Positions 38,701-46,496 of a stretch of DNA of 64,000 nt are shown here, in pieces (positions within the stretch are counted from its first letter, which is position 1; the number at the start of each line of letters is the position of its first letter). A model generated the notes under the pieces. It was given only the letters and a program-made list of their open reading frames with translations. It was not told the DNA's origin and made no database searches. Source of the stretch: a virus. The stretch spans positions 1-64,000 of IMG/VR virus record IMGVR_UViG_3300025626_000006; one strand, written 5' to 3'. The translations under genes were made by a program, and so were the position numbers.

Positions 38701-40178
38701 AATCCTACTGACCGTACGAAACCACTACTCGCACCACCAAGTTCAATACCACTACCTAATGCGTTTGATATAAAAATAGAACCTGTTATCAATGAACCTT
38801 TACCACCAATAAATGTATTTGCGGCGGGGAATACTACATCATCTATTAATATAAATGTTTTAGAAATTACCGATTCAGAATTTAAGAATTCTATTTTAAT
38901 TGTTTTTGGGTCACCAATATGATTTGTTGGGATTAAAACATCATATGTTATATTTTCAGTTCCATTTACAGTTGTTGATGATAATATTTCAAAATCACTT
39001 GGAACACCTTTAGATTTTATAGAAGTTTGTATAGTAACAACTTCACCAATAGAAGGTTTCAATGATGGTATTGTAAAACTACCAATTGAATTTAAATTTT
39101 CAGTTGTTGAATTTGATGCTGATGAAAAGTATTCAATTTCTGCTGGTATGTCAGCATAATCTGAGTATTTGTAAACGTGGTCTTTACTACCCGTTATTTT
39201 ATCTTTTATTTTTACAATACTACCATTCGTCAGACCTGTTATACTTGAAGTAAATGATGTTGGTTGTGCGAATGTTGGGCTGTCTTGTAATGGATACAAT
39301 GTAATGTTAGATAAGTCTAATCTAACTTCTGCCTTACCATTAAGCATTTCACCATTAAATTGACCACTTGATTGAAGTGATACGTCATTTCCAAAGTTAG
39401 ATGCATTATACTTAACATTAAAACTATCAGTTCTTAATGCCAGTTTAGTATCTATTCCTAATAATAATGGGTCATTACCCGTTACCATTTGGAAGTTAGT
39501 AAATGGTCGTAAACTAGCTGAAACAGTAGCTGTTGGTATTTGTGGTGCTTCGAACTCAAGAATAGCTGCCGAAGCGTCTTCAATAACAACTGGTATTTTT
39601 GTTGACCATTTTACAATTTTACCTGGTAGGGGTTTATTTTTTAATCGTCTACCAACACCACGTCCTGAACCTGAACCCCTACGTCTTAATAAAGGGGATT
39701 CATCATCTAAACTAATATCTCGTGATATATTAGATGGTAAAGCCTTTGACTCATTGTACCCACGACCTCGACCACTTCCACTACTACCACGCGCTGGAAC
39801 ATTACTTTGTACATTATTTTTAGCAGTACCTATAATTGTAATAGTCGCAGTACCTGGTGCTGTATTTTCTTTTGGATTTTCTCTATCGTTATATACCCAT
39901 ATTGTAATTACACGAGACCCATCGGAATATGTCTTATTTGGGATTTCGTAATATATAGGATTTCCAGCCGAATCTAATACTTCAACTTGAATTTGACTAT
40001 TGGGTTGTAATAAGTTTTTATTAGACCCAACTATTCTCATGGAATTTTTACCATACCCAAGATATGGTGGTAAATCCACAATATTAAAAAAATCAGATGA
40101 AGTTGCCGAATCATCAATGATGTCGGGCTTTATCTTATCAAGCTTTTGCTTAAATCGTTTTCTGTACTCTAATGCCAT
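29703..40178 (-). CDS. giant tail fibre (3491 aa) with seven two-domain repeats, collagen-like linkers and a C-terminal peptidase S74 intramolecular chaperone
   Basis: TSDRRNK..LNPVSFKW..HYGLIAQD..IRYNELI..IKSIQEL at the C-terminus. Repeated SQVFAF..QQNLSG and FLTNESH..KTMSLA domains. Confidence 0.88.
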   Translation of the reverse strand: MALEYRKRFKQKLDKIKPDIIDDSATSSDFFNIVDLPPYLGYGKNSMRIVGSNKNLLQPNSQIQVEVLDSAGNPIYYEIPNKTYSDGSRVITIWVYNDRENPKENTAPGTATITIIGTAKNNVQSNVPARGSSGSGRGRGYNESKALPSNISRDISLDDESPLLRRRGSGSGRGVGRRLKNKPLPGKIVKWSTKIPVVIEDASAAILEFEAPQIPTATVSASLRPFTNFQMVTGNDPLLLGIDTKLALRTDSFNVKYNASNFGNDVSLQSSGQFNGEMLNGKAEVRLDLSNITLYPLQDSPTFAQPTSFTSSITGLTNGSIVKIKDKITGSKDHVYKYSDYADIPAEIEYFSSASNSTTENLNSIGSFTIPSLKPSIGEVVTIQTSIKSKGVPSDFEILSSTTVNGTENITYDVLIPTNHIGDPKTIKIEFLNSESVISKTFILIDDVVFPAANTFIGGKGSLITGSIFISNALGSGIELGGASSGFVRSVGFEGLTSASLGKGPGGFIIYSGSGNLAVGVDQLDGVGMQFIGDNDNSHLIFTTSGSGTLDIKAEKFFIGTPGSQFMSGSGGNIEISSSLFHLDPKANSGAGSLTIGADATILGSLTTDNIRTPAVINGSPSTQANASSSIDAGGFAKFVSASIGGWDITTGSIEGGNLIMKPQGILQTRDFASGLKGWKISSEGNGTAEFENVRIRGTLRTTTFEKESVNAVGGQLWVANSTTITGSVTSTETTMSVKNASGFSQGEILLAKKVDNTGFQTEYILLQSASVDGDNSNEDETHGRIYVQRAYGSGSSGDFVGDLSSAAQAYEDGQVIVSTGKLNTGYIKMNANPNDTATPYIDIVERTGSGLYDVALKVRLGDLSGLADSSYVFGNSNPGFGLMTDNVFLQGGIIANTGSIGGIKMDAGKLFIGQGVHSNTNTGFYLDSASNFSLGEKLTWDGSSLTVRGQIRIENGTPGGQSVEDAINEATASVLAEATGSNTARALSITTDSQVFAFDSASDNTSTPSSIVFTVSQQNLSGAVAQSDITITKAGGGIFTTPAINGVISNGSGQLSGSVAFSSLTNKADLPLTISVSKNSLTDSTTIFKVEGGTGGSPGGDGSDGSDGTPGSDGTDAVTAFLTNESHTFAASATGVVSSFVGGATDIEVFEGITNKSSQYTFSGTGSAGVGFNQSTKTFSITSFAHDSGSLTITAVSSSVQLVKTMSLAKSKEGIDGTDGTDGTDGTPGTDGNAGLDGSSAKSLIASANSQVFAFASASSNTSTPSNIIFSFNQQNLSGTIDSSDITISSAGGNVTGFSLNNTNVSAGSGIVSGSITFSGALNSGGLNSTKSNLPVTISATKDSLTDTITLFKVEGGTGGSDGSDGSDGTPGSDGTDAVTTFLTNESHIFASLSNGNIVSFAGGSTDMEVFEGVTNSTSEYSFSATASSGVGFSQSTNTFTISSMSHDSGSLTITAVSSSTQLAKTMSLAKSKQGTDGLAGSDAQVLTLTSDSQVFAFASASSNTAIDNDILLIINQQNLSGTIGTGDLTITDAQNNVLSDPTLQQDVTDGSGQVSGSITFSGTVSATKTKLPLDVVVTKDGLSDSIKIFKIEGGTGGSDGSDGSDGSDGTPGSDGSDAVTAFLTNESHTFAADATGTIASFAGGSTDIEVFEGITSKSSVYTYSGTGSANVTFTQSGKTFTLTGMGHDSGSLTITAVSSSVQLTKTMSLAKSKQGTAGLNGSNAKILTIATDSQVFAFDDSSDNTSTPSSIVFTISQQNLSGAVGTGNITITKAGGGTITTPSLGGVVSGGSGQLSGSVSFTDLTNKADLPLTIEVVKDSLSDDVKVFKVEGGSDGGDGTPGSDGSDGSDGSNGVDAVTTFLTNENHTFAADASGTIAVFTGGSTDMEVFEGVNNKTSEYTFSGTGSANVTFSQSTKTFTITGMGHDSGSLTITAVSSSTQLVKTMSLAKAKQGNDGSDGTAAKLLIGSLNSQVFAFDNTADTSATPTTIEFSFQQQNLSGTIGSSDITVTRAGGGSIAGFSFNNANVSNGTGIVSGSIIFANSTTSGGAAGQKSNLPITITAAKDSLSDSLTIFKVEGGTAGSDGTPGGDGTPGSDGTPGSDGSDGSDGVDAVTALLTNDSHTLPLSSSNQIISFAGASSEMLVFEGVTNRTSNYTLSVTSSAHITTSGTNPVTITGATTPFSGSVILTAVSSSTQLAKTMSLSVARQGDDGGDGTSAKLLSIGVDSQVFAFDDSSDTSATPSNIIFSINQQNLSGTIASSDVTITRNGGSVVTGFDFDNADVSSGTGIVSGSLKWVGGQAAGGMQQTKGFLPVTISVTKDGLTDSIKVFKVEGGGDGTPGSDGSDGSDGSDGTNGTDAISGFLSNDSHTIPVDNTGNVISLSGAQTEMFVFEGINDRTSNYTITHTSASYITTSGTNPVTVTSTNAPFSGSLVLTAASASVSISKTMSLAVSQQGNDGSDGTSAKLLIGSLDSQVMSFDDSSDTSATPLNIIFSFQQQNLSGAIGSSDISITTTQGTSITGFAFNNNNISNGTGIVSGSITWTGNNQTGGMAQTKGAFPFTISATKDGLTDAVKIFKVEGGADGGDGTPGGDGTPGGDGTPGSDGTPGGDGTPGSDGSDAISAFLTNDSHTLPLSSSGAIISFAGAGTDMFVYQGINNVTSDYTFSVTSSTHHTTSGTNPVTITGATTPFSGSIVVTAVSSSTQLAKTMSIAVALQGDDGSDGTDGTDGTDGTPGTDGTDGTPGTPGTPGGPGSPGSPGSPGSPGVDNQDFTFANENLTGVGPAPAGLLMTANVFGFHNQLTSANATLDDFTSYLDSSGNFFLGSGSVDGYLYWNNTAKELLITGSKAVLEVDKFFFGKDGVQYLSGSGGLIEISSSNFFMSSSGDTSIDGDIVARTGTFRNVRALGKPIQAGQSGSYNFLLDYPSGDTGELSSNSPSYPGQPYRISSDGPIWVETWVTGSDLDGVMGSGAGAGSIKKFGIAATGSSGGGAGIIATAVNKWHTIRGTQVAAAGKYLNQYSASLGNTALFKGGLTKWGGSSITTGGKPIGGITGFAGDDLSYMTAQKEFRTMMTEGGDYEDYQAGYWHSGGFYTGSFNIYDDVNNTAKVRMKGAGFANQITNAIFPRYGGTDGLGRNYLGIKSDTLSIGETTRFKDDCILLQFDTTWTGNWGGALMATMVEIIHDDPDDVDANNISNQGVVLWRDQRAAIYSGSPHRWDIPLSHALEKLNLGVPPGGSNANPEYRQLTQIKHFKIQLSWWKVNSSGGSTGEVAPQIRVSEMRMVKGMKASSINAGAVTLGNQVTLLAETYATTLQRALRVTGHVSPALDNTYDLGENGSNVRKRWDDIHATNGVIQTSDRRNKLEITGSNLGLDFVNSLNPVSFKWKETRNRNSWEIQNLTSGSRTHYGLIAQDLSSSLASAGVNTQQFAGITINPATTQVEPDGTIVENYAPWGIRYNELISPMIKSIQELSEEVSRLKLLISGSGD
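32020..37225 (-). repeat. seven tandem A+B domain units of about 250 aa, joined by Gly-X-Asp/Pro linkers
   Basis: Counted 7 SQV[FM].F domains alternating with 7 DA[VI]...[LF]L[TS]N[ED][SN]H domains. Confidence 0.88.
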
Positions 40179-40200
40179 TCATAGACTCCGTAATATGTAA

Positions 40201-43200
40201 CTATAAATATGAAACTTTTGAGAACCCCTTCACTTTACTGATATCTATTATCTGGTCGACCATATCTCGGGTCTTATCGATGTGTGAAATCGTGATAATA
40301 AAATCAAATTGTGTCTTAAGGTAATCAAATAATAAATATAGTGAATTAAAGTTATCCGTATCTAATGAACCAAATCCCTCGTCAATGGCGATAAAATTAG
40401 GTCTTGGTAGGTTAGATACATTAATTAATGCCGTTCTAATTGCAATTGATGAAATGAACTTCTCCATACCACTTGTTAATTCAAGAGGCCAAAACTCATC
40501 AGTTCCATATGCTATATATGAATTAATGTTTTTTCCATCAGTATTTAATAATACTTGAAAATCAACTATTGGTGATAGGATGTTGTTTATTTCTATTTCT
40601 AATTTTGGTAGTACTTCAGATATTAATTGGTATGGTATCCCATCTCTTCGTACACATTTTATGTAATATTCATATCCATTATATTTGAGTTCCATACCCT
40701 TTAGCTTTTCAATTGACTCGTTTACTTGTTTAATTGAATTTTCAGCTAATTTAATTTCAGAGTTCACGTCTACAATCTCATTGTTCAATGTGGATAGTTT
40801 CTCACGAATCATCTCTCGTGTGTCTTTAAAAGATTTTATCTTTTCGTTTAACAACTTATTATGCTCAACTGCTTGTTCTTGCTTTTTAGCTTGTTCAAGT
40901 TTTTGTTTTAAATCTTTTATATCTGAATCGTATTCTCTCACTTGAGACATACATTTATCATATACAAACGTAGCACTTACCCAATCCTTCTCTAATAACG
41001 TTAGCTCAGAAGATAGTTCTTCATATTCTAATAATTCCTTTTTAACATTAAATGTACGTCTTTCATCTAATAAGGATGTTTTGTCATTTAGCAATTTAGA
41101 GTATTGTTTTTGAGATGCTTCAATGTCTCTTTGTAACTCTATTCCTTTTTTAGCAAAAGGAGTGTTTTGATTCTTTACACAATGTTCACATTCATCATCG
41201 AATGATAATTGACCAATTCCTTCTAAATGAGATTTGTTGTGAGATATATCCAATTCAAGTGTTTGAAGCTTGGATTGAACTTCGTTAAACTTAGTATCTA
41301 ATTGTAAAAACTTTTTATTTGTTTCTTTTAAAGCTTTTATATCTAACTCTTTAAGTTTTGTTTCTACATCTGATTTAGATATCTCTATACTTTTTAATTG
41401 AGATAAATTAAAGGTACACTCTTTGTCTTGTGTTGTACGAAGGATATTTATATCTTTTAATGAAGATTCCAATTCATCAATATCACCAACATCTTCAGTT
41501 GCTTTTAAGTCCCTCATTTGAAATTCAATCTTAGTATTAGTGTTTTCTAATTTAAGATTTAAATCGTCTTTTTTAATATTTAAAGAATCAAGTGAACCTG
41601 TTATACTTGTTAGTGTTTGCTCTGCGTCTATTAACTTTGTAGGAAAATCTTGTTTCTTGTAATCCTTTAGTAACGTATTTAGTTCTCTAAATTCTTCACT
41701 AGCTATTTGATATAAGTCTTCAAACACATCCATATCTAAAAACTGAGCTAATAATTCTTTTCGTTCCTTTTGGGTTTTTTCTATAAATCCGCTACTATTA
41801 GATTGAGTTGACATTGCTGTTAAAACAAAATCTTCATATGTTCCAATATATTCACGAATGTTAGAATTAGTCTCTCTTCTTTGCTCTCCATTAAGAGACT
41901 CCTTTTGCCCATCTACCATACGATAGAATTCTACATCAACTTTTACAGTTCCCCTCTTAGGACTCTTCTTAGCGTGTCTCTCGATAAAGTATTGAATATT
42001 ATTTAATTCAAATTGGAATTTACAATCAAAACCCATCTTAGAATAATTTAAAACATCTTCAGCTCTGATTGTTCTTGAACATTTATCAAACATACAAAAT
42101 GATAGAGCATCCCAAAGTGTAGACTTACCACTAGCGTTTGGCGCAAATATTCCATAAGCCCCTTTCATATTAGTGAAGTCAATTACATTATTGTTTCCAT
42201 ATGAAAACATATTTGAAAATTCAAAACGTCTTGGAATCCAAGTTGAATTACTAATAACGTTATGTTTACCAAGTTTGTCGTTTAGGTTATTATTAATCTG
42301 AGTTACAACACTTAATTGTTCTTGGGTTAAATGGTCGGTCTCTTCTAAGTATTCACTAATAAGTTTATTTTGAAAACCAGTATCTCTTACGTTTTGTAAA
42401 ATAATTGATTGATGTTCAATATCACGTTTACGAGTAAGTACTTTTTGAACTGTAAGCTCTTGTACTTTACGACCTTTTTTAATATCTACTATTAGCTTAT
42501 TAAGCTGAGAAGCTTTTGTGTCTTTTACTCGTACTCGTATTCTTGGTTTATTAGGTATGGGGTTATCTGATACTATTTTACCATTCTCGATATCAATAGT
42601 AACGTAACCATAATCGTTGTGTATTTGAACAAACTCACTTGTTAAGGTTTCCATATCCCATACTAATATACCATGATTTGGATATTTAGCTTCACCATGA
42701 TTTTGAACAACGAGAGACCCAGGATACTTTATATGCTCGTTACCCATGACTGGGTTGTTTGGTTTATGAATATCACCTAACAATACTAAATCAAAGTTTG
42801 TAAAGTCACCTACTTTAACATTTTGGTTTTGAATAACAAACCCATGCTCTGTTTCTATATTATCGACAGGCCCATGAAACATTCCAATACGACCCTTGTT
42901 CTTTTTATATCCAGTAGCTTTAGGGAATCCAACTGTGGTGTCCCATATTGACTTATGTATAAAAGTATAACCACCAATACCAAAACCACCCGTATCTTTT
43001 ATATAGTGTAGGTTTTTATGTGATAATGCGTTGATGATTGGGCTAAGTGCGTCTAATCTTGATGTATTATTTAAGTTAGCGTCATGGTTACCAGGAATTA
43101 CAATTGTTGGTAATAAGTCAGCTAATCGAGTAAAGAACTCTTGTGTTAAATCAACTACTTCTGGAGACATATCCGTTTTTGCGTGAACAATATCACCTGC

Positions 43201-43371
43201 AATGTAAATGATGTCATTTTCCCTCATTGTGGTCAGAATATAACCATAAAGTTGGGAAAAGACCTCACGATACTCAGAGTGTCTTTTTAAATTTCTAATA
43301 TGTACATCGGCTATATGGTAAATCTTACCAATATTTTCAACACCGACATCAATGTACTTTATTTTTTTCAT
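40201..43371 (-). CDS. fused Mre11/SbcD nuclease - Rad50/SbcC ATPase (gp47-gp46-like)
   Basis: ADVH, GD, GNHD, FHG, GDIH phosphoesterase motifs. NASGKST Walker A, CEHC hook, TSGME signature, IDEGFGSLD Walker B. Confidence 0.92.
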   Translation of the reverse strand: MKKIKYIDVGVENIGKIYHIADVHIRNLKRHSEYREVFSQLYGYILTTMRENDIIYIAGDIVHAKTDMSPEVVDLTQEFFTRLADLLPTIVIPGNHDANLNNTSRLDALSPIINALSHKNLHYIKDTGGFGIGGYTFIHKSIWDTTVGFPKATGYKKNKGRIGMFHGPVDNIETEHGFVIQNQNVKVGDFTNFDLVLLGDIHKPNNPVMGNEHIKYPGSLVVQNHGEAKYPNHGILVWDMETLTSEFVQIHNDYGYVTIDIENGKIVSDNPIPNKPRIRVRVKDTKASQLNKLIVDIKKGRKVQELTVQKVLTRKRDIEHQSIILQNVRDTGFQNKLISEYLEETDHLTQEQLSVVTQINNNLNDKLGKHNVISNSTWIPRRFEFSNMFSYGNNNVIDFTNMKGAYGIFAPNASGKSTLWDALSFCMFDKCSRTIRAEDVLNYSKMGFDCKFQFELNNIQYFIERHAKKSPKRGTVKVDVEFYRMVDGQKESLNGEQRRETNSNIREYIGTYEDFVLTAMSTQSNSSGFIEKTQKERKELLAQFLDMDVFEDLYQIASEEFRELNTLLKDYKKQDFPTKLIDAEQTLTSITGSLDSLNIKKDDLNLKLENTNTKIEFQMRDLKATEDVGDIDELESSLKDINILRTTQDKECTFNLSQLKSIEISKSDVETKLKELDIKALKETNKKFLQLDTKFNEVQSKLQTLELDISHNKSHLEGIGQLSFDDECEHCVKNQNTPFAKKGIELQRDIEASQKQYSKLLNDKTSLLDERRTFNVKKELLEYEELSSELTLLEKDWVSATFVYDKCMSQVREYDSDIKDLKQKLEQAKKQEQAVEHNKLLNEKIKSFKDTREMIREKLSTLNNEIVDVNSEIKLAENSIKQVNESIEKLKGMELKYNGYEYYIKCVRRDGIPYQLISEVLPKLEIEINNILSPIVDFQVLLNTDGKNINSYIAYGTDEFWPLELTSGMEKFISSIAIRTALINVSNLPRPNFIAIDEGFGSLDTDNFNSLYLLFDYLKTQFDFIITISHIDKTRDMVDQIIDISKVKGFSKVSYL

Positions 43372-44303
43372 ACGTTAAATAACTGATACTCCATGAGCTT
43401 TCTTAAATCAAGCGCTGGTGTATCATAGATTTTATTGTTAATACGTTCATATCCCATTTCGGATGGGTCTTCATCACCTAGGTCAACTAAATGCGTATCT
43501 ATACCATACGACATAAACTTCTTAGCGAGGCTTAGAGCGTTAGATATAGCATCCGAATCTAATACAATATACAACTTTTTTACGGTATTTCCTATTATTT
43601 TCTTTTCTAATTCAGATTGTATAGATTTTCCAAATAAAGGTATGGCATTTCTACGAATAGCAATTGCATCAAATGCCCCTTCACATAATATTAATGGGGT
43701 ATCCCAATTTACAAGTAAATCGAATCCCACTATATCTTTAGATACCTTTGGATTTTTATGCTTATATTCTGTTTGGTAAAATGACCTTCCTACAAAGAAG
43801 TTTAATTTACCCTTATCATTATATGATGGTATAATAATTTTGTCTCTATATTCACCATCCTCACAATATCCAATATTATATTTTACAATATCACTTGGAC
43901 GAACACCTCGTTTTAGTAAATAATTCATAGCGTGTTTATACTTGAATGATGAGGTTGGTTTGTAAAGTGGTTTAAATTCTTTTGGAAGCTCAACTTGGTC
44001 GTTAACTTGGTCGTTACCTTGGTCGTAGCTGTATCTATTGATTCTACTAAATATTGCATTATACTCATCCCAAATTTGTTTGGATACGCGTATCTTTTTA
44101 AGTAACCCCTTGATGGTTCTACCCTTTTCATCAGAAATCCAACAATGCCATGGGTTTTGCCCATTAGCTGTAATCCTAATGTTAATCTCTAACTTAGGTT
44201 TGTAGTGGTCTACGAATGGTGAATAAAATGCGTAATTATCACCAGACGTTTTCTTGGATATACCAAGAACAGACTCTAACAATTCGAGTAGTCTATCTTC
44301 CAT
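43368..44303 (-). CDS. DNA primase (DnaG/TOPRIM type)
   Basis: YLLKRG, IIIP..FVGRS, CEGAFDA, LDSDA, DPSE. Confidence 0.88.
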   Translation of the reverse strand: MEDRLLELLESVLGISKKTSGDNYAFYSPFVDHYKPKLEINIRITANGQNPWHCWISDEKGRTIKGLLKKIRVSKQIWDEYNAIFSRINRYSYDQGNDQVNDQVELPKEFKPLYKPTSSFKYKHAMNYLLKRGVRPSDIVKYNIGYCEDGEYRDKIIIPSYNDKGKLNFFVGRSFYQTEYKHKNPKVSKDIVGFDLLVNWDTPLILCEGAFDAIAIRRNAIPLFGKSIQSELEKKIIGNTVKKLYIVLDSDAISNALSLAKKFMSYGIDTHLVDLGDEDPSEMGYERINNKIYDTPALDLRKLMEYQLFNV

Positions 44304-44310
44304 ATTGTTC

Positions 44311-44342
44311 TAAATATACAAAAAATATTTCAATTAACCAAA
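44311..44342 (-). promoter_or_regulatory. Bacteroidota-type sigmaA promoter upstream of primase
   Basis: Minus strand TTTG-N20-TATATTTA. Confidence 0.65.
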
Positions 44343-44759
44343 GAATTTCTTAATTGGTTTTTCATCTATCCATTCTTGAGGTATTTCTTTCTTAGCCCAT
44401 TTAAACCCATTCTTTTCACACCATTGTGCATAAGTGGTTTTAGAACCTTTGTATATTTTACCATTTGGGGATTGTAATACAAACCTTAAATCCATGTCAG
44501 GATTTTGTTCTTTAATTAATAAATGCTTCTTTCTGTCTTCTGGTAAGAACCATCCCTTTGATTCTATAAAGATATCATTGGGTAATCTAAAATCAGGTTT
44601 GTAAGTATGGTAAGTTGCTGGGATTGTATATGATACTTCGTGTTGTTCATACTCCCCATCAATTCCTTGAGTTTTTAATTGTTCATCAATTCGTGTCTCA
44701 AGGCCGGACTTATGTCCTTTTTGTTTTTGGATGTGACTCCAATTGCCTTTTTTATTCAT
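44334..44759 (-). CDS. T7 endonuclease I-like Holliday junction resolvase
   Basis: SGLE, Y.PDF.LPN.IFIESKG, DRKKHLLIK.Q.P..DLRFV, KTTYA.WCEK.GF. Confidence 0.9.
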   Translation of the reverse strand: MNKKGNWSHIQKQKGHKSGLETRIDEQLKTQGIDGEYEQHEVSYTIPATYHTYKPDFRLPNDIFIESKGWFLPEDRKKHLLIKEQNPDMDLRFVLQSPNGKIYKGSKTTYAQWCEKNGFKWAKKEIPQEWIDEKPIKKFFG

Positions 44760-44761
44760 AA

Positions 44762-46483
44762 CTATTCAAAATCTAATCGAACATCTACTGTGACATCAAC
44801 ATCACGTCTTTTCTTTAAGGGCGAACCCAGTTTACCTATAGCGACTAATTCACCACCATCATTGTATAGTCCTACGGATGTAATATATGGTCTAAAATCA
44901 GAACCTGTTACAAAGTTCTTCAAAGTATAATCATCTTCAACACCACTTAGTCTTAAGGTGTTATTTTGTGATACATTAAACTCATTTTTTCCAATTTCAC
45001 ATAGTATCGATTGTTGTTCAATTTTTTTTGTAGATTTGTATTTAAATTCAAATGTTCTATCGTGGTCAGCGTAATTCCAATTACCATCACCTAAAAAACA
45101 ATTTTGATATTTAGGCCTTGGGTCTGTTATTACTATTAACCCCTTTTTATGAAACACATAACCTACATTATTTGTTTGATATGCCGAACCACTTGTTATG
45201 TGGTTATTATATAATGACATTCTGTTACCACTCGTTAGTTCTTGGGTGACAATTCTAACTTCATCTAAAGAACCACTTGTTCCATTTTGCGTTTTGGATT
45301 GGTCAGTACACATTATATTTAAGTCATACTCATTATCTATTATATCGGTAAGTCTAGTTTCACTACTACCCATTATTTCATTATTTAGATAAAAATTAAG
45401 TTGACCACTTGTCTTTTCAGTTGCGGCTGTATGGCTTACCATTACATTATGCCATGATTCATTATTAACTTTAGCCGATGAAGTTGCTATAATACTTGGT
45501 AATGCTTTACCACTACTTCTACTGTATGTAAACGCTAGCTTTCCGTTATCAGAACCCGCGGCTTGATTATATACTTCTATTGAGAATGGAAACGCATCAG
45601 GTCTTCTTTTGAAATCCAATTGGTCAGCTCTGAATGGTCTATGAGCAGCGTAGTTGTTTACTCGTTGATTCTTTTTATTAATAATAGTATTAGTTATTTT
45701 TTCTGTAAATGATTGACTTTGTGGTAGTTTAATCCACATAGAAACTCCCCACGACCTGGATGTTGTAAATGGAGAAAGGTGAGCTGCTGGTATTGTTAAT
45801 TCAGAATTAGCAGTCATTGTTACACCATAACCACTTGCCGATGTCGGTGTTGGTGATTGTCCTTGTGTATCAATTCCCTTACAAATTTTTAAATTAGAAA
45901 CTTCTATTGGAGTATTGGAAATGGATTCATCTTTGCTTGCTTTATATAATTTACCAAATACACCACCATTAAATCCTAAGTAAACTCTATTGTTACTTTC
46001 ATTGATAAAATGTGTAGTATCAATTTCGGTATCATAAATGTAACCAAAGTCATCGTCTTGATATGATGAGCTTAAAAATAAATTACCACCATCAAAAGAA
46101 TAATCTGTAATTTGTACAGATTTGGGTTTAATACCAAGTCCTATTTTTTGTTGAGGTATCGATATGATTGATGCCGTAGGATATAACGTCTTACCATCTT
46201 TCTTAAAACACGTTGAATTTATTGAAGACCATACTACTTGTTGCGGAATTTTATTTAACTCTTCACTTATAGCACCTGAGCCAGTTGCTAGTGTTGAATC
46301 GAATGTTACACCTTGGTGTTTAGAAGTAGATACTTCCGTATGTGTTCCATTGGGTGACGTTCCTCGTAGTATAGATATTTCAAATGATGACGAATAATTA
46401 GCAGTCGTCACTTCATATGTTTTATGAGCGATAAAGGGATACGTTTGTATACCTTGATTGAATATCCTTTTTAATATAGCCAT
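44762..46483 (-). CDS. LamG/ConA-like domain virion protein with collar-type C-terminal domain
   Basis: VSMWIK..WHNV..FYLN..GSLDEVRI LamG pattern; PYITSVGLYND.GELVAIGKL C-terminus. Confidence 0.7.
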   Translation of the reverse strand: MAILKRIFNQGIQTYPFIAHKTYEVTTANYSSSFEISILRGTSPNGTHTEVSTSKHQGVTFDSTLATGSGAISEELNKIPQQVVWSSINSTCFKKDGKTLYPTASIISIPQQKIGLGIKPKSVQITDYSFDGGNLFLSSSYQDDDFGYIYDTEIDTTHFINESNNRVYLGFNGGVFGKLYKASKDESISNTPIEVSNLKICKGIDTQGQSPTPTSASGYGVTMTANSELTIPAAHLSPFTTSRSWGVSMWIKLPQSQSFTEKITNTIINKKNQRVNNYAAHRPFRADQLDFKRRPDAFPFSIEVYNQAAGSDNGKLAFTYSRSSGKALPSIIATSSAKVNNESWHNVMVSHTAATEKTSGQLNFYLNNEIMGSSETRLTDIIDNEYDLNIMCTDQSKTQNGTSGSLDEVRIVTQELTSGNRMSLYNNHITSGSAYQTNNVGYVFHKKGLIVITDPRPKYQNCFLGDGNWNYADHDRTFEFKYKSTKKIEQQSILCEIGKNEFNVSQNNTLRLSGVEDDYTLKNFVTGSDFRPYITSVGLYNDGGELVAIGKLGSPLKKRRDVDVTVDVRLDFE

Positions 46484-46496
46484 ACTGGTTCATTTT

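Noticed and set aside
30016-40200. Many short plus-strand ORFs opposite the giant fibre
   Set aside because: Antisense frames of a codon-biased repetitive gene, with no independent signals.
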